From positions 32,001-96,000 of the IMG/VR virus record IMGVR_UViG_3300000203_000003: a stretch of 64,000 nucleotides of DNA. One strand, written 5' to 3'. This DNA is from a virus. Its lineage: Duplodnaviria > Caudoviricetes. Position 1 is the first letter of the stretch. Every line of letters begins with the position of its first letter. Below are positions 19,032 to 29,170 of this stretch, one piece after another. A model generated the notes under the pieces. It was not told the DNA's origin. It was given only the letters and a program-made list of their open reading frames with translations, and ran no database searches. Made by a program: the position numbers and the translations under genes.

Positions 19032-20451
19032 GCAGGTAGAATACACCCCTGAGGTGCAGACATTATTTTTAAGGATGATGCTTACCAACGCGGTGTTGTA
19101 TACTCGCGTGGCAAACATTATGAATGCCGCAAACTTTGATAAGACGCTGCGCCCTGTTGCTGAGATGTTCAAGGAGCATGGTGAGAAATACAATGTGTTA
19201 CCAGATGCCTCACAGATCAAAGCATTGACGGGTCAAGACATTGAACCAATCCCCGAACTGAATGAAGGGCACTATCAATGGTTTCTGGATGAGTTTGAGA
19301 AATTCACAAAGAAGCAAGAACTTGAACGCGCAATCCTGAAGAGTGCTGATTTGTTAGAGAAGGGCGGGGACTTCTCCCCAGTCGAAAAGCTGATCAAAGA
19401 TGCAGTTCAAATCAGTCTGCAAAAAGATATGGGCACTGATTACTTTGCTGATCCGCGTGGACGATTGCTGGCACTGAAAACTAACAACGGACAGAATAGC
19501 ACAGGGTGGCCTACTATGGACAGGGCCCTATACGGTGGATTCAACCGCGGCGAACTTCAAATCTTTGCGGGTGGATCTGGTTCCGGCAAGTCTTTGTTTC
19601 TTCAAAATCTTGCTGTCAACTGGTCACAAGCAGGATTCAACGGAGCATACATCACACTTGAATTGGCTGAAGGTCTCTGTTCAATGCGTATCGATTCGAT
19701 GATGACCGATACATCGTCACGAAACATCTTCAAAGACATTGACAACGTTGAGATGAAGGTCAAGATGATGGCGAAGAAGTCTGGTAAGATGCGTATCAAG
19801 TATATGCCCGCACAGTCGAATGTGAATGATATTCGGGCATACTGTAAAGAGTTGATGATTCAAACTGGAGTCAAAGTTGACTATTTGTGCGTAGATTATC
19901 TTGATCTGATCATGCCAGTCTCTGTTAAAGTATCACCAGAAAATCTGTTCATCAAGGACAAATATGTCGCAGAAGAATTGCGTAATCTGGCAAAAGAATT
20001 GAATGTTCTGTTTGTGACAGCATCACAGCTTAATCGTTCGGCAGTTGAAGAAATTGAATTTGATCACAGTCATATCTCAGGTGGTATCAGTAAGATTAAT
20101 ACTGCGGATAACGTTATGGGTATTTTTACTAGTCGTGCTATGCGTGAACGTGGACAGTATCAACTTCAACTGATGAAAACTCGTTCCAGTTCGGGTGTTG
20201 GTCAGAAGATTGAGTTACAATTCAATGTGGAAACTCTGCGAATCACTGATGATGGCGGCGGAGAAGATGAATCAAGCTACAGACCACAGACAGCGCCGAC
20301 TCCGTCCCCGTTAGAAACAATAACAGGGGTGAAGCCTACTCCGTTTACTGACATATCACAACTTGCCGAAGTTGAACCCTGGACTAAGCACGTTGTCTCT
20401 GACGTTCAAGGCTCTAAGTTAAAGTCTCTGTTAAATTCCCTGAAGAAATGA
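19003..20451 (+). CDS. DnaB-like replicative helicase (T4 gp41-like)
   Basis: GGSGSGKS, ITLEL, VDYLD, ASQLNR. Confidence 0.9.
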   Translation: MSKDYKKEDKQVEYTPEVQTLFLRMMLTNAVLYTRVANIMNAANFDKTLRPVAEMFKEHGEKYNVLPDASQIKALTGQDIEPIPELNEGHYQWFLDEFEKFTKKQELERAILKSADLLEKGGDFSPVEKLIKDAVQISLQKDMGTDYFADPRGRLLALKTNNGQNSTGWPTMDRALYGGFNRGELQIFAGGSGSGKSLFLQNLAVNWSQAGFNGAYITLELAEGLCSMRIDSMMTDTSSRNIFKDIDNVEMKVKMMAKKSGKMRIKYMPAQSNVNDIRAYCKELMIQTGVKVDYLCVDYLDLIMPVSVKVSPENLFIKDKYVAEELRNLAKELNVLFVTASQLNRSAVEEIEFDHSHISGGISKINTADNVMGIFTSRAMRERGQYQLQLMKTRSSSGVGQKIELQFNVETLRITDDGGGEDESSYRPQTAPTPSPLETITGVKPTPFTDISQLAEVEPWTKHVVSDVQGSKLKSLLNSLKK

Positions 20452-20470
20452 TGACAAAGATAAATACTTG

Positions 20471-20710
20471 ATGCAGCCAAAAACCAAAAGTCTACTGGAA
20501 GAATTAGAAGCCCTCAGCGTCAATCGTGATACCTCTCATGTTATTGAGTCGAGGGCTAATAACATCATTACCAGTGCTATCAATCTTCTTGAAATGATTA
20601 GCAAGCATTATACCGCCGAACAAACTGAAGTTTTAGAACGAAAGTTACTCGGCGCTATAAAGAGCAGAGACCAGACTAGGTTTGCAAAATCATTAAGGAA
20701 GAATAAATGA
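20471..20710 (+). CDS. hypothetical late protein
   Basis: TAAATA box 4 nt upstream. Confidence 0.7.
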   Translation: MQPKTKSLLEELEALSVNRDTSHVIESRANNIITSAINLLEMISKHYTAEQTEVLERKLLGAIKSRDQTRFAKSLRKNK

Positions 20711-21303
20711 AGATTGACGAAATTATTGTAGAAGGTCAACAACTAGACGAAGCTAATCCATATGGATTGCTGCAACGCGCCGGATCAGCTATCATGGGTA
20801 AGCTGGGCAGCACAAAGGCGCAAGCTTCCGGCGATGTTGGTAAACGTGCAAATGAATTGTACAGGGGCTTTACGAATTGGGCAATGCGAGCTGGCGTAGA
20901 TATGAGTGCAGTACCTAAACTAACACTTACTAAGTGGCTATCCTCGCAACATTTACCCACTAAACTACCACCTACACTAGCATCGCTGCCGTCACTTGAT
21001 TTAGAAGATCCTAATGTCTCTAAAACTCTCTGGACAGCATTGGCTCAAGGAACATACAGTGCGGCTGGACAGCCAGCCAGCCGGCCTACTTTGGGAGCAA
21101 ACTACGGGATTCCTCAACCGACAAAGCGGCCGAGGACACCGGCCCCTAGTCCTACGCCAGCCCCCGGTCCTACACCGGCCCCTAGTCCTGCACCAGCTCC
21201 AGCCCCGGCTGATTTGCTATCTGAAATTCAAGCCAAGATTGCTCAACTTAAAAAGACAGATAGAACAGCATATAACAACTTACTCAGTAGCCTGATGCCG
21301 TAA
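20707..21303 (+). CDS. hypothetical protein with Pro/Ala/Thr linker
   Basis: PAPSPTPAPGPTPAPSPAPAP. Confidence 0.7.
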   Translation: MKIDEIIVEGQQLDEANPYGLLQRAGSAIMGKLGSTKAQASGDVGKRANELYRGFTNWAMRAGVDMSAVPKLTLTKWLSSQHLPTKLPPTLASLPSLDLEDPNVSKTLWTALAQGTYSAAGQPASRPTLGANYGIPQPTKRPRTPAPSPTPAPGPTPAPSPAPAPAPADLLSEIQAKIAQLKKTDRTAYNNLLSSLMP

Positions 21304-21367
21304 CTATTAAATGTGACGGTATCCTGCTTATTTAACTATTAGACATAAATACATCAGAGGAAATATT

Positions 21368-22015
21368 ATGCTAATAGAAATAACACCGGCGATTGAAGAA
21401 ACTATAATCCGATTATACACCGAAACATATTCGGTAACTGATGTCCTGCTTGATCCCTTGATCAAGGGAATAGGAAGATTACGAATAGTAGAGGTATTGA
21501 AAGATGCCAATATCTATGAGGGTATTCGTGGAAAAAATCAGCAGGCAAAAAAACAAGAAAAAATAAAAAACACTATGCTTTCTAGATATGGTGTTGAGAA
21601 CAATGGGCAGCGACCTGGCCAGGGGTTTGGGGAACGTAATAAAATTCCATATACTAACGTGGAGTTTTTGGATGAAGGTTATAAACTATATAGAAAAGCG
21701 GTAGAGCATCAAACCAATAAAACGATACATTCTATGGTAAAACCGGATACATGTTTTTATACCGGGATTAGATTTGCTGACGTTGACGCGGAACATGTTA
21801 ATCCTAACGACCAGCGAAAGAGAACAATCGATCATAAGATACCGGTAATCATCGGATACTTGCAAGGACGAACGGTAGAAGAAATATCATCTCCGGAGAA
21901 CATAACATTTGTATTGCGATATGTAAATACTATAAAGGGTAATACACTACATGAGAACTTTTTACCTATCGCAGAATATATCAAACTAGCATTTATCAAA
22001 AGGGATACTAAATGA
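21368..22015 (+). CDS. putative HNH-type endonuclease
   Basis: KNTMLSRYGVEN repeat unit; TIDHKIP...N...NTIKGN. Confidence 0.65.
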   Translation: MLIEITPAIEETIIRLYTETYSVTDVLLDPLIKGIGRLRIVEVLKDANIYEGIRGKNQQAKKQEKIKNTMLSRYGVENNGQRPGQGFGERNKIPYTNVEFLDEGYKLYRKAVEHQTNKTIHSMVKPDTCFYTGIRFADVDAEHVNPNDQRKRTIDHKIPVIIGYLQGRTVEEISSPENITFVLRYVNTIKGNTLHENFLPIAEYIKLAFIKRDTK

Positions 22016-23166
22016 AAGCCGAAGACTTCAGAAAAACATCTAACATCTTAACCAAACTGTCTTTAACAGAGGATAAAGGTCATTTAGATCATCCCGAAGA
22101 CCTAATATTCTTAGAAGGATCAACGGGGGCATCCCGAGCCTTGCGCTCAATACTTGATACTGTAAAAAATCCACATAAGATAACCATAAAGTTCGATGGT
22201 TACCCAGCCTTAATATTTGGTCGTAACGCCAATGGTCGATTCAGCATCATGGACAAGCACATGTTCAACAAGAAAGACGGCACTGGAAGAAATGTATTCA
22301 GTCCGGAACAGTTCAGACAATATGATCTGGCCCGCGGTGTTGACCGATCTGATCTGCATCGTCTTATCAATGAAATCTGGCCCGGGCTTGATCATGCATC
22401 AAAGACTGCGCCGGGATACTATTGGGGCGATCTGCTGTTTAGCAAGCCTCTTCAGAAAAACTCTCATGGGCTGTACCAGTTCAAGGCAAACCCGAATGGA
22501 CTTGCTTACACGGTACAAGTTGACAGCGAAGTAGGCGAACTAATGGCTGGCAAGACCGCAGGGGTAGCGGTCCATCAACAACTGTCACCTGATGCTCAAA
22601 CGACTGACCAGGCACAGTCATTAGATGGAACTATTGGTCAATTACAAAACAACTCTAATGTGGCAATCATACCAAGCGCAATGCCATATAAACCGAATCT
22701 GCACCTTGAACCTACCCTAGTTCAGAACGTAAACGCTGCTATCGGACGATATGGCAAAGCAGTCGATAAAATGATGGACGAGGCCCCTCAATCGCGTCCG
22801 GCGTTTAATGGTCTGTTTACCACATACATCAATAAGAAGATAGTATCAGGCAATCTTGACAATCTGATTGCAGGGTTCATGGAGCACTTTGAGAACAAAA
22901 ATAAGAACCCCGGCGGCATGGAGATGCAGTTGTCGAATCACTTTCACGAAAACGAAGAGGGTCTCGTCGGTGCGTTCACTATCTGGATCGAAATATACAA
23001 ACTGAAGATGTCCGTAGTGGCTCAGTTAAACAAAGCCGCAGAAGAATCGCCGGTTAAGGGTTATCTCCAAGACGGCACTGAAACACACGAAGGATTCGTC
23101 AGCAACGGGCTGAAATTCGTGGATAGAATGGGATTCAGTCGCCAAAATCTAGCCGGTCAGCGATAA
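22012..23166 (+). CDS. phage protein with KxDG motif
   Basis: HLDHPED, TIKFDGYPA, HEGFV, KFVDR; nucleotidyltransferase-like motifs. Confidence 0.6.
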   Translation: MKAEDFRKTSNILTKLSLTEDKGHLDHPEDLIFLEGSTGASRALRSILDTVKNPHKITIKFDGYPALIFGRNANGRFSIMDKHMFNKKDGTGRNVFSPEQFRQYDLARGVDRSDLHRLINEIWPGLDHASKTAPGYYWGDLLFSKPLQKNSHGLYQFKANPNGLAYTVQVDSEVGELMAGKTAGVAVHQQLSPDAQTTDQAQSLDGTIGQLQNNSNVAIIPSAMPYKPNLHLEPTLVQNVNAAIGRYGKAVDKMMDEAPQSRPAFNGLFTTYINKKIVSGNLDNLIAGFMEHFENKNKNPGGMEMQLSNHFHENEEGLVGAFTIWIEIYKLKMSVVAQLNKAAEESPVKGYLQDGTETHEGFVSNGLKFVDRMGFSRQNLAGQR

Positions 23167-23247
23167 TAAACCACCCTTTTTTGCCATATGGCATAAATAC
23201 TTTTATGCGATTCTATACGGAGCGCAAACATTTTAAAGGAAACTATC

Positions 23248-23664
23248 ATGTCAGGATTTACAAGAGTTAACGGCGATGCACAACCAGTATTCGCCATCGA
23301 TACACAAAACGGCCCAATCGCTCCAGCAACACTAGCTACAGGCAACGGCATCACAACCAACTTCATCGGCCCAGCGTTAGATTTCTTCGCTATCGATGTC
23401 AAGGCTGATCCAGCTGCTGAACTAGGCGTCGGCGAAATGGTCTCTTTACTGATGACTAACATCGCTCAGATGGCTACAGTTATGATGTATCAAGTGTCTG
23501 TTACTAACACCCGTGTTAGCGTTGCTGTATACCCAATCGGTGCTTACACTGCTGGTACATTACAGACTCAAGTTCAAGCAATGGGCGCAACAGTTGGTCC
23601 AAACAACTTTGACTTGTCAAGTGCTACAGTTACTAACGTTGGCTTCAAGTTAGCAATCGCTTAA
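23248..23664 (+). CDS. putative abundant virion protein
   Basis: late box, strong RBS, terminator after. Confidence 0.6.
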   Translation: MSGFTRVNGDAQPVFAIDTQNGPIAPATLATGNGITTNFIGPALDFFAIDVKADPAAELGVGEMVSLLMTNIAQMATVMMYQVSVTNTRVSVAVYPIGAYTAGTLQTQVQAMGATVGPNNFDLSSATVTNVGFKLAIA

Positions 23665-23682
23665 TCAATTCATTGATTGAAA

Positions 23683-23712
23683 GAACCCGAGATTTATTCT
23701 TGGGTTTTTTTT
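23683..23712 (+). terminator. intrinsic terminator
   Basis: AACCCGAGA-TTTAT-TCTTGGGTT plus T run. Confidence 0.8.
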
Positions 23713-23728
23713 CCTCTATAAATAGCAT

Positions 23729-24187
23729 ATGAGTTTCAGAATCACATGTTACACGCTTTTCGACATAACGCAGACCGGCGTAATGAACCGGTCCCGTCCT
23801 GGTATCGATGAGGATATGTCTACTTGGCTTCACAAACGAAACACTCAATGTAACTTCGACACTATTCTACAATCTATATCGCTGCGCTCACAGCCTGAGG
23901 TGGTAAACTCCCCGACAAGAACTGACATACAGTTTGACAACTTCACTGAGTTTGGCTTTCTGTTCAATCAACAAGATGATGAAGTTTATTCTTGCTGGTC
24001 ATTTGAGTTTGATGTTCATCATACAGGTGTATTTGACAACGGAATCACGGAGCTTGGTGCTCTATACAGCGATTGTGACATGGTCCCGATGATCAAATGC
24101 GGGACTGAGTGGGACAAACTACCTGCGTTCCTTGATACATCAGACGAACTACGAAATATATACTTTAAGGTAACTGAGAATGGCTAA
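23729..24187 (+). CDS. hypothetical protein
   Basis: TATAAATA 4 nt before ATG. Confidence 0.7.
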   Translation: MSFRITCYTLFDITQTGVMNRSRPGIDEDMSTWLHKRNTQCNFDTILQSISLRSQPEVVNSPTRTDIQFDNFTEFGFLFNQQDDEVYSCWSFEFDVHHTGVFDNGITELGALYSDCDMVPMIKCGTEWDKLPAFLDTSDELRNIYFKVTENG

Positions 24188-24662
24188 AAAGAAAATCCAA
24201 TTTGATAAACTTCAGAAAATGATCCCGAATTCGGAGATGAAATCTCTGCAGGATCTTATTATCTATCAAGAGTCTGATGGTAGCTATCAGTTGTTTAACA
24301 GATATGTCATCAACAAGAAATCTGTATCCGAGTATGTTGTCACAACTACATTCTCTGATGACCCCAGTATGTTTAACACATTGAAGAACGCAACCGCTTG
24401 GTGTATCTTTGATAAGCGTGATAAGTTCTATGAGGCCCGACGTATTCTTGAGTTAGATAATAAGTTGGGCGGGGTAGACGTTGACATTATGATTCATCAA
24501 AAGCTATTCAACAAGTCAAAGACCGACGAAGATAAGCTGATCTATATTGCTAAACTGAACGAGGATCGTATCAAGAAGCAAATGATCATAGACGAACTAG
24601 ATTCGTATGTGTCTGAGTCTAAGATTTGGCAGGAAAGACGGTTTGAACGGAAATCCGCATAA
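24180..24662 (+). CDS. hypothetical protein
   Basis: overlapping ORF, coiled-coil C-terminus. Confidence 0.7.
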   Translation: MAKKKIQFDKLQKMIPNSEMKSLQDLIIYQESDGSYQLFNRYVINKKSVSEYVVTTTFSDDPSMFNTLKNATAWCIFDKRDKFYEARRILELDNKLGGVDVDIMIHQKLFNKSKTDEDKLIYIAKLNEDRIKKQMIIDELDSYVSESKIWQERRFERKSA

Positions 24663-24707
24663 TAATCGCAGAATGATAAATACTCTATAAGTTTTGGAAT
24701 CACAACT

Positions 24708-25409
24708 ATGAAATTAAACGAACTAAATTACTCCTCGATAATCACTGCTAAAAAAGCATTGAAAGAGCATTACAACATGCCTCTTAACCTGGACAGAATG
24801 AACGGGTCAGAGACACGTGCTATGCTCCAGAAGGTGCGTAAGCTTGTAGCTGAGACAAAGCAATCTGGCAACTTTTACCGAAGTCAGAATAATCACTCGT
24901 ATCTAAAACTTGTGTTTATGGAACAGGCGCTAACTCAACATCTTGCTGCTATCCCCAGAGCAAATGTTATGCTTGAGAACGAAAAGATTGAAGAATCCCA
25001 AGTTTATCTGGCGGCGCAGGCCCTTGTTGACAGCATTCAGAAAATGCTTGAAGAAGTCGGTCAGATGCAAGTTAAAGAGCTACCTGCTCTTGTTTCAAGT
25101 ATCGAATCTGAGCTTGATGTAAACGAAAGTGAAACCTTCAATGAGCAAGTTTCTCAATCGCTTGACAGTTTAAGTGCTGGTCTTAAAGAAACACTTGTCG
25201 GCTTAAAAGAAGCAGTCAAGATGCTTACTAACCCTGATGAAGCCGGCGCATTTAGTCCGGATGCTATGGGTGGTGAAGAAGACCTTGGCATGGGAGACGA
25301 AACAGGTATGGATGCCGGTGCTGACATGGGCGGCGGTGAGTTTCCTGAAGAGGAACCCGAAGAACCTGAAGCAGAGCCGGTCGCTGGTGTAGGTCGTCCG
25401 CTTCGATAA
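24708..25409 (+). CDS. putative prohead core/scaffold-like protein
   Basis: helical with acidic C-terminal tail; late box upstream. Confidence 0.5.
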   Translation: MKLNELNYSSIITAKKALKEHYNMPLNLDRMNGSETRAMLQKVRKLVAETKQSGNFYRSQNNHSYLKLVFMEQALTQHLAAIPRANVMLENEKIEESQVYLAAQALVDSIQKMLEEVGQMQVKELPALVSSIESELDVNESETFNEQVSQSLDSLSAGLKETLVGLKEAVKMLTNPDEAGAFSPDAMGGEEDLGMGDETGMDAGADMGGGEFPEEEPEEPEAEPVAGVGRPLR

Positions 25410-25410
25410 T

Positions 25411-25749
25411 ATGCTACTATCTGAGTTTACTTCCGTTGATCCGTTGCTCATTAACTTAGTCGCCGTAATCGGTCAACTAAAGAGTGAAATTGACGCCGGA
25501 CAGGAAAAACCTGACTGGACAGTTGATGAGCTACTTCAACATCTGAAGAATAGCAACGTCATCATTGACAAAGAAGACCTGTATGATATGATCAAAGGTC
25601 CTCCTCTTAATCATTCTATCGAAAACATCCAAGGCGACACGATTATCTTCAAAGGTCAACAGGGTGCAATCGACGGTGAAGCAGGTGCTCACGACGAAGA
25701 AGAAAACAAAAAGATAGTTAAGCAAATGGCCCAGACTGCTGTAAAATAA
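25411..25749 (+). CDS. hypothetical protein
   Basis: adjacent ORF. Confidence 0.7.
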   Translation: MLLSEFTSVDPLLINLVAVIGQLKSEIDAGQEKPDWTVDELLQHLKNSNVIIDKEDLYDMIKGPPLNHSIENIQGDTIIFKGQQGAIDGEAGAHDEEENKKIVKQMAQTAVK

Positions 25750-25758
25750 ATCATAATT

Positions 25759-26499
25759 ATGGAAATAACGCATCTCGTAGTTAACGGGTGTAGTTGGACA
25801 TATTGTCAAGGACTAGATGATCCTAAAACTCAAGGATGGCCTGCACTAGTTGCCAAAGAGTTGGGGGTCCCTGTTGTGAATATAGCTGTCCCGGGCTCCG
25901 GAAACGATTCTATTCACCGAAGAACGTATGAATACGTTTATCAAAACTTACCGACCGGAAGTAACCCTTTATTTTTAATTTTCTGGAGTCAATATTGGCG
26001 CAGAGAAGCTTGGTGTGAGTTTGGATTCGGTGTTAAAGACTACAGAAATGTAAATGTTAATCAATATAGGACAGTTGAACATGAGAATGCATTGCTGGCT
26101 CACTGGAGCGAGGAAGATTTTCTTAGAAGAACTATGCTATATAAGTTATCAACAATAAACTTATTTACTGCGAATAATATTCCATTTTTGATGTCTGATT
26201 ATTGCCCGGCATTCACTGAGAATATGCAACCCGGCATCGAACATAAAATGCTATCATCGATCAATAATAATCCTAACCATTTAATAAGTCCGGAGCTATA
26301 TACTATTAGAAGGTCCTATCCCGAGTTACCATGCGGTCACGACGGCGCCCTGGCTCAAATAGCAATAGCCGGATGGTGGATCAGACATATTAATATGCGT
26401 TATAACGGGCTGACATTTAGCCCTAACCCCACTGAATCATTTATCACACTTGATACCTTTATTATAGAAAAGGATTCTGAACATGTCCATTGGAAATAA
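25759..26499 (+). CDS. SGNH/GDSL hydrolase-like protein
   Basis: NGCSWT, NIAVPGSGN, CGH. Confidence 0.7.
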   Translation: MEITHLVVNGCSWTYCQGLDDPKTQGWPALVAKELGVPVVNIAVPGSGNDSIHRRTYEYVYQNLPTGSNPLFLIFWSQYWRREAWCEFGFGVKDYRNVNVNQYRTVEHENALLAHWSEEDFLRRTMLYKLSTINLFTANNIPFLMSDYCPAFTENMQPGIEHKMLSSINNNPNHLISPELYTIRRSYPELPCGHDGALAQIAIAGWWIRHINMRYNGLTFSPNPTESFITLDTFIIEKDSEHVHWK

Positions 26500-27687
26500 A
26501 TGAAATCTTTTGAAACTATAGTTATTGAAAAATTTAAATTCCGAGACTCGGATGATGCATTGGTTATCGAATACAATGGACTTACCCCCGAAGACCTCAC
26601 TGATGATGTTACTAAATATTTAGCCGGTTATATTAATAATAGGCTTCACGAAACCAAACAAAAGAATGTGACCTTTTTTATATCAGGTGAGGGCATTCCG
26701 TTAAACCCCTTTCTATTCACGACAGCTATAGTAAGGTGCTTGGTATATGAGTATCGTATTCCACATTATGCGTTCGTGATAGTGAGTGGGGCTGTTCCTA
26801 CTCTGTCAAATATCGAATTTTATAAACATCATATTAAGAAGTATGCACTAGAACAGATTAAAATTAGCTTTTGGAATAGTTTTGAAAATTCAGCTTCACA
26901 AGTTCAATTATATCGTAATACATCTACGTGTGATCCGTTTTATAGTAAATTTGATACTACTCCCAGAATCAAACCTAAGTTGTTTCTATCCTATAATAGG
27001 AATGCAAGTAGAATACATCGATTATACTTGACCGCAGAAGTGGTTAGTCGGAATTTACTAGACCGCGCCTTTTTTTCGATGTATCTAGGTGGGGTATCAA
27101 ATAGTAAACCATCGATAGCAGCCGGAGAACTTGATTATGTCTTTAAACATGCAGCCCTCTTCATCCCCGAATCATGTAATCGTATCCGACAAATTCTTGA
27201 CGACAACATCGACTTATTTCCATTAAGACTTAATTTATGTAATACTCCCAGCGATACTAACGAGCAACCATTTCACATAGATAATGATCTACATTATTAT
27301 AATAATAGTTATTTCAGTGTAGTAACCGAAACAAAGTTCTTTGCTGATGTTGATGGGGTCTATGATACACAATTGGACTGCTACTTATTTTCAGAGAAAA
27401 CCTATAAACCTATTTTAGGTAAACACCCGTTTATCTATATGGGCATGCCCGGGTCGCTTCATGTAATGCGTGATTCGGGATACAGAACGTTTCATCCATA
27501 TATAGATGAAACATATGATACGATAGTAAATGATGAATACAGACTAGAAGCTATCATAGATGAAATAGAACGACTGTCGAAGTTCACGGATGATCAGTGG
27601 TTAGAATGGCAAACAAACATACAGAACATTGTCGAACACAACTTCAATGTGCTAAAAGAGCATAGACCTACTTACTTGACTTATTAA
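26500..27687 (+). CDS. glycosyltransferase-like protein (GT10-like C-terminus)
   Basis: SYNR..HR, SVVTET, SEKTYKPI..HPFI, GYRTF..IDETYD. Confidence 0.6.
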   Translation: MKSFETIVIEKFKFRDSDDALVIEYNGLTPEDLTDDVTKYLAGYINNRLHETKQKNVTFFISGEGIPLNPFLFTTAIVRCLVYEYRIPHYAFVIVSGAVPTLSNIEFYKHHIKKYALEQIKISFWNSFENSASQVQLYRNTSTCDPFYSKFDTTPRIKPKLFLSYNRNASRIHRLYLTAEVVSRNLLDRAFFSMYLGGVSNSKPSIAAGELDYVFKHAALFIPESCNRIRQILDDNIDLFPLRLNLCNTPSDTNEQPFHIDNDLHYYNNSYFSVVTETKFFADVDGVYDTQLDCYLFSEKTYKPILGKHPFIYMGMPGSLHVMRDSGYRTFHPYIDETYDTIVNDEYRLEAIIDEIERLSKFTDDQWLEWQTNIQNIVEHNFNVLKEHRPTYLTY

Positions 27688-27740
27688 ATAGGCTAACCAA
27701 ACGACTTGCTTTTTTCTAGCAAATCATCTATAATAATTAG

Positions 27741-28424
27741 ATGTTCAACCCCAAATTCAATTATGTCCCTATCAGCCGCGAAACTATCGATGGCGTCAGA
27801 AAATACGCCACGCCAGATGGTGAAAAACTCCCCTCAGTGACAACTATTCTTAGTGCTACTTCTCCACCAGAGAAGATGCAGGCACTCAATGAATGGCGCA
27901 AGCGTATGGGCGCTGCTAAAGCACAAGAGATTACAACAGAAGCAGCAGGTCGCGGCACCAGGATGCACAAGTATCTTGAAGATTACATTATGACTGGAGA
28001 GTTGAAGGCTCCGGGAAGCAACCCCTACAGCATACAAAGCAATGCGATGGCAAAGACTATCATGGAACAAGGTCTTGTCAACTGTTCAGAATATTGGGGC
28101 ACTGAGATTCCAGTATACTACCCTAAAGTATATGCAGGTACAACTGACTTAGCAGGTGTTCACTCTGGTTCAGAGGCTATCATGGATCATAAGCAAACGA
28201 ACAAGCCGAAGAAGCGCGAATGGATCGATGATTACTTCATTCAACTGGCAGCATATGCCGCAGCACATGATGAAGTTCATGGCACTAAGATCCGCAAGGG
28301 TGTCATTTTCATGTGCGACCCTACTTGCGTGTACCAAGAGTTCGTGATTGAGGGTGCTGAGTTTGACAAATACAGCAATCTGTGGTTTAAACGAGTCGAA
28401 CAATATTACATGGCGTTTTTATAG
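27741..28424 (+). CDS. PD-(D/E)XK exonuclease
   Basis: PSVTTIL, GTRMH, AGTTD, MDHKQ, QLAAY. Confidence 0.85.
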   Translation: MFNPKFNYVPISRETIDGVRKYATPDGEKLPSVTTILSATSPPEKMQALNEWRKRMGAAKAQEITTEAAGRGTRMHKYLEDYIMTGELKAPGSNPYSIQSNAMAKTIMEQGLVNCSEYWGTEIPVYYPKVYAGTTDLAGVHSGSEAIMDHKQTNKPKKREWIDDYFIQLAAYAAAHDEVHGTKIRKGVIFMCDPTCVYQEFVIEGAEFDKYSNLWFKRVEQYYMAFL

Positions 28425-28474
28425 ACCAAACTTTCTCAAATAGATAAATAGTATGATAAAGCGAAGATCATACT

Positions 28475-29170
28475 ATGATAATTTACAAAACAGTCAATCT
28501 CATAACCGGTAAATGGTATATCGGGAAGGACGCCGCCAATCTCAATTCTTACTTGGGATCCGGAAAGGCATTAAAAAATGCTATCCGGAAATATGGTGTG
28601 CAAAATTTCAAAAAAGAAATTATTGAAGAATGTGCCGACTTGACACACATGTCGGCCCGAGAAGCGCATTGGATATCGATATCCAATGCGGTAAATGATC
28701 CCATGAGTTACAATCTAGTGCCTGGTGGTGAAGGCGGGGACCGTAGTAAATTCATAGATTATGCTGCGGTAGATCGCACTAACTATAAAATGACCGGGAC
28801 CAAAGCATGGTTTGAGGCCCTCTCAGAGGTCCAGCGGTCAGCATGGCATGCTAAACAAGGTCTGGCCCGGTGTAAGGGCTGGTATGTAAGTAAAGTAGAT
28901 AACACTGATGAAATTTATGTGCTTAATATAGCGAAATGGTGTAGAGAGAATAATATAGATATCGGTATGCCTACTAAAATGAATGATCCTGCTGATAGTT
29001 GTTATCAACGAGCAGCAAAGGGTTGGAGAATTAGGCGTGCTGATATGCCGATCTTACCAGTATATGTTAAATATATCAGGCAAGGTTATCCTAATGTGGC
29101 CTGTAGGGGCAAGTCATGGAAGATGATCGATGGCAAACGCATTTGGATAAATAAAGAGGAGAAGGCATAA
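28475..29170 (+). CDS. GIY-YIG (Seg-like) homing endonuclease
   Basis: IIYKTVN..WYIGK..YLGSG..YN. Confidence 0.85.
   Translation: MIIYKTVNLITGKWYIGKDAANLNSYLGSGKALKNAIRKYGVQNFKKEIIEECADLTHMSAREAHWISISNAVNDPMSYNLVPGGEGGDRSKFIDYAAVDRTNYKMTGTKAWFEALSEVQRSAWHAKQGLARCKGWYVSKVDNTDEIYVLNIAKWCRENNIDIGMPTKMNDPADSCYQRAAKGWRIRRADMPILPVYVKYIRQGYPNVACRGKSWKMIDGKRIWINKEEKA

Noticed and set aside
27741-28424. Cas4 of a CRISPR system
   Set aside because: Lacks the four-Cys cluster and any array; ordinary phage PD-(D/E)XK exonuclease
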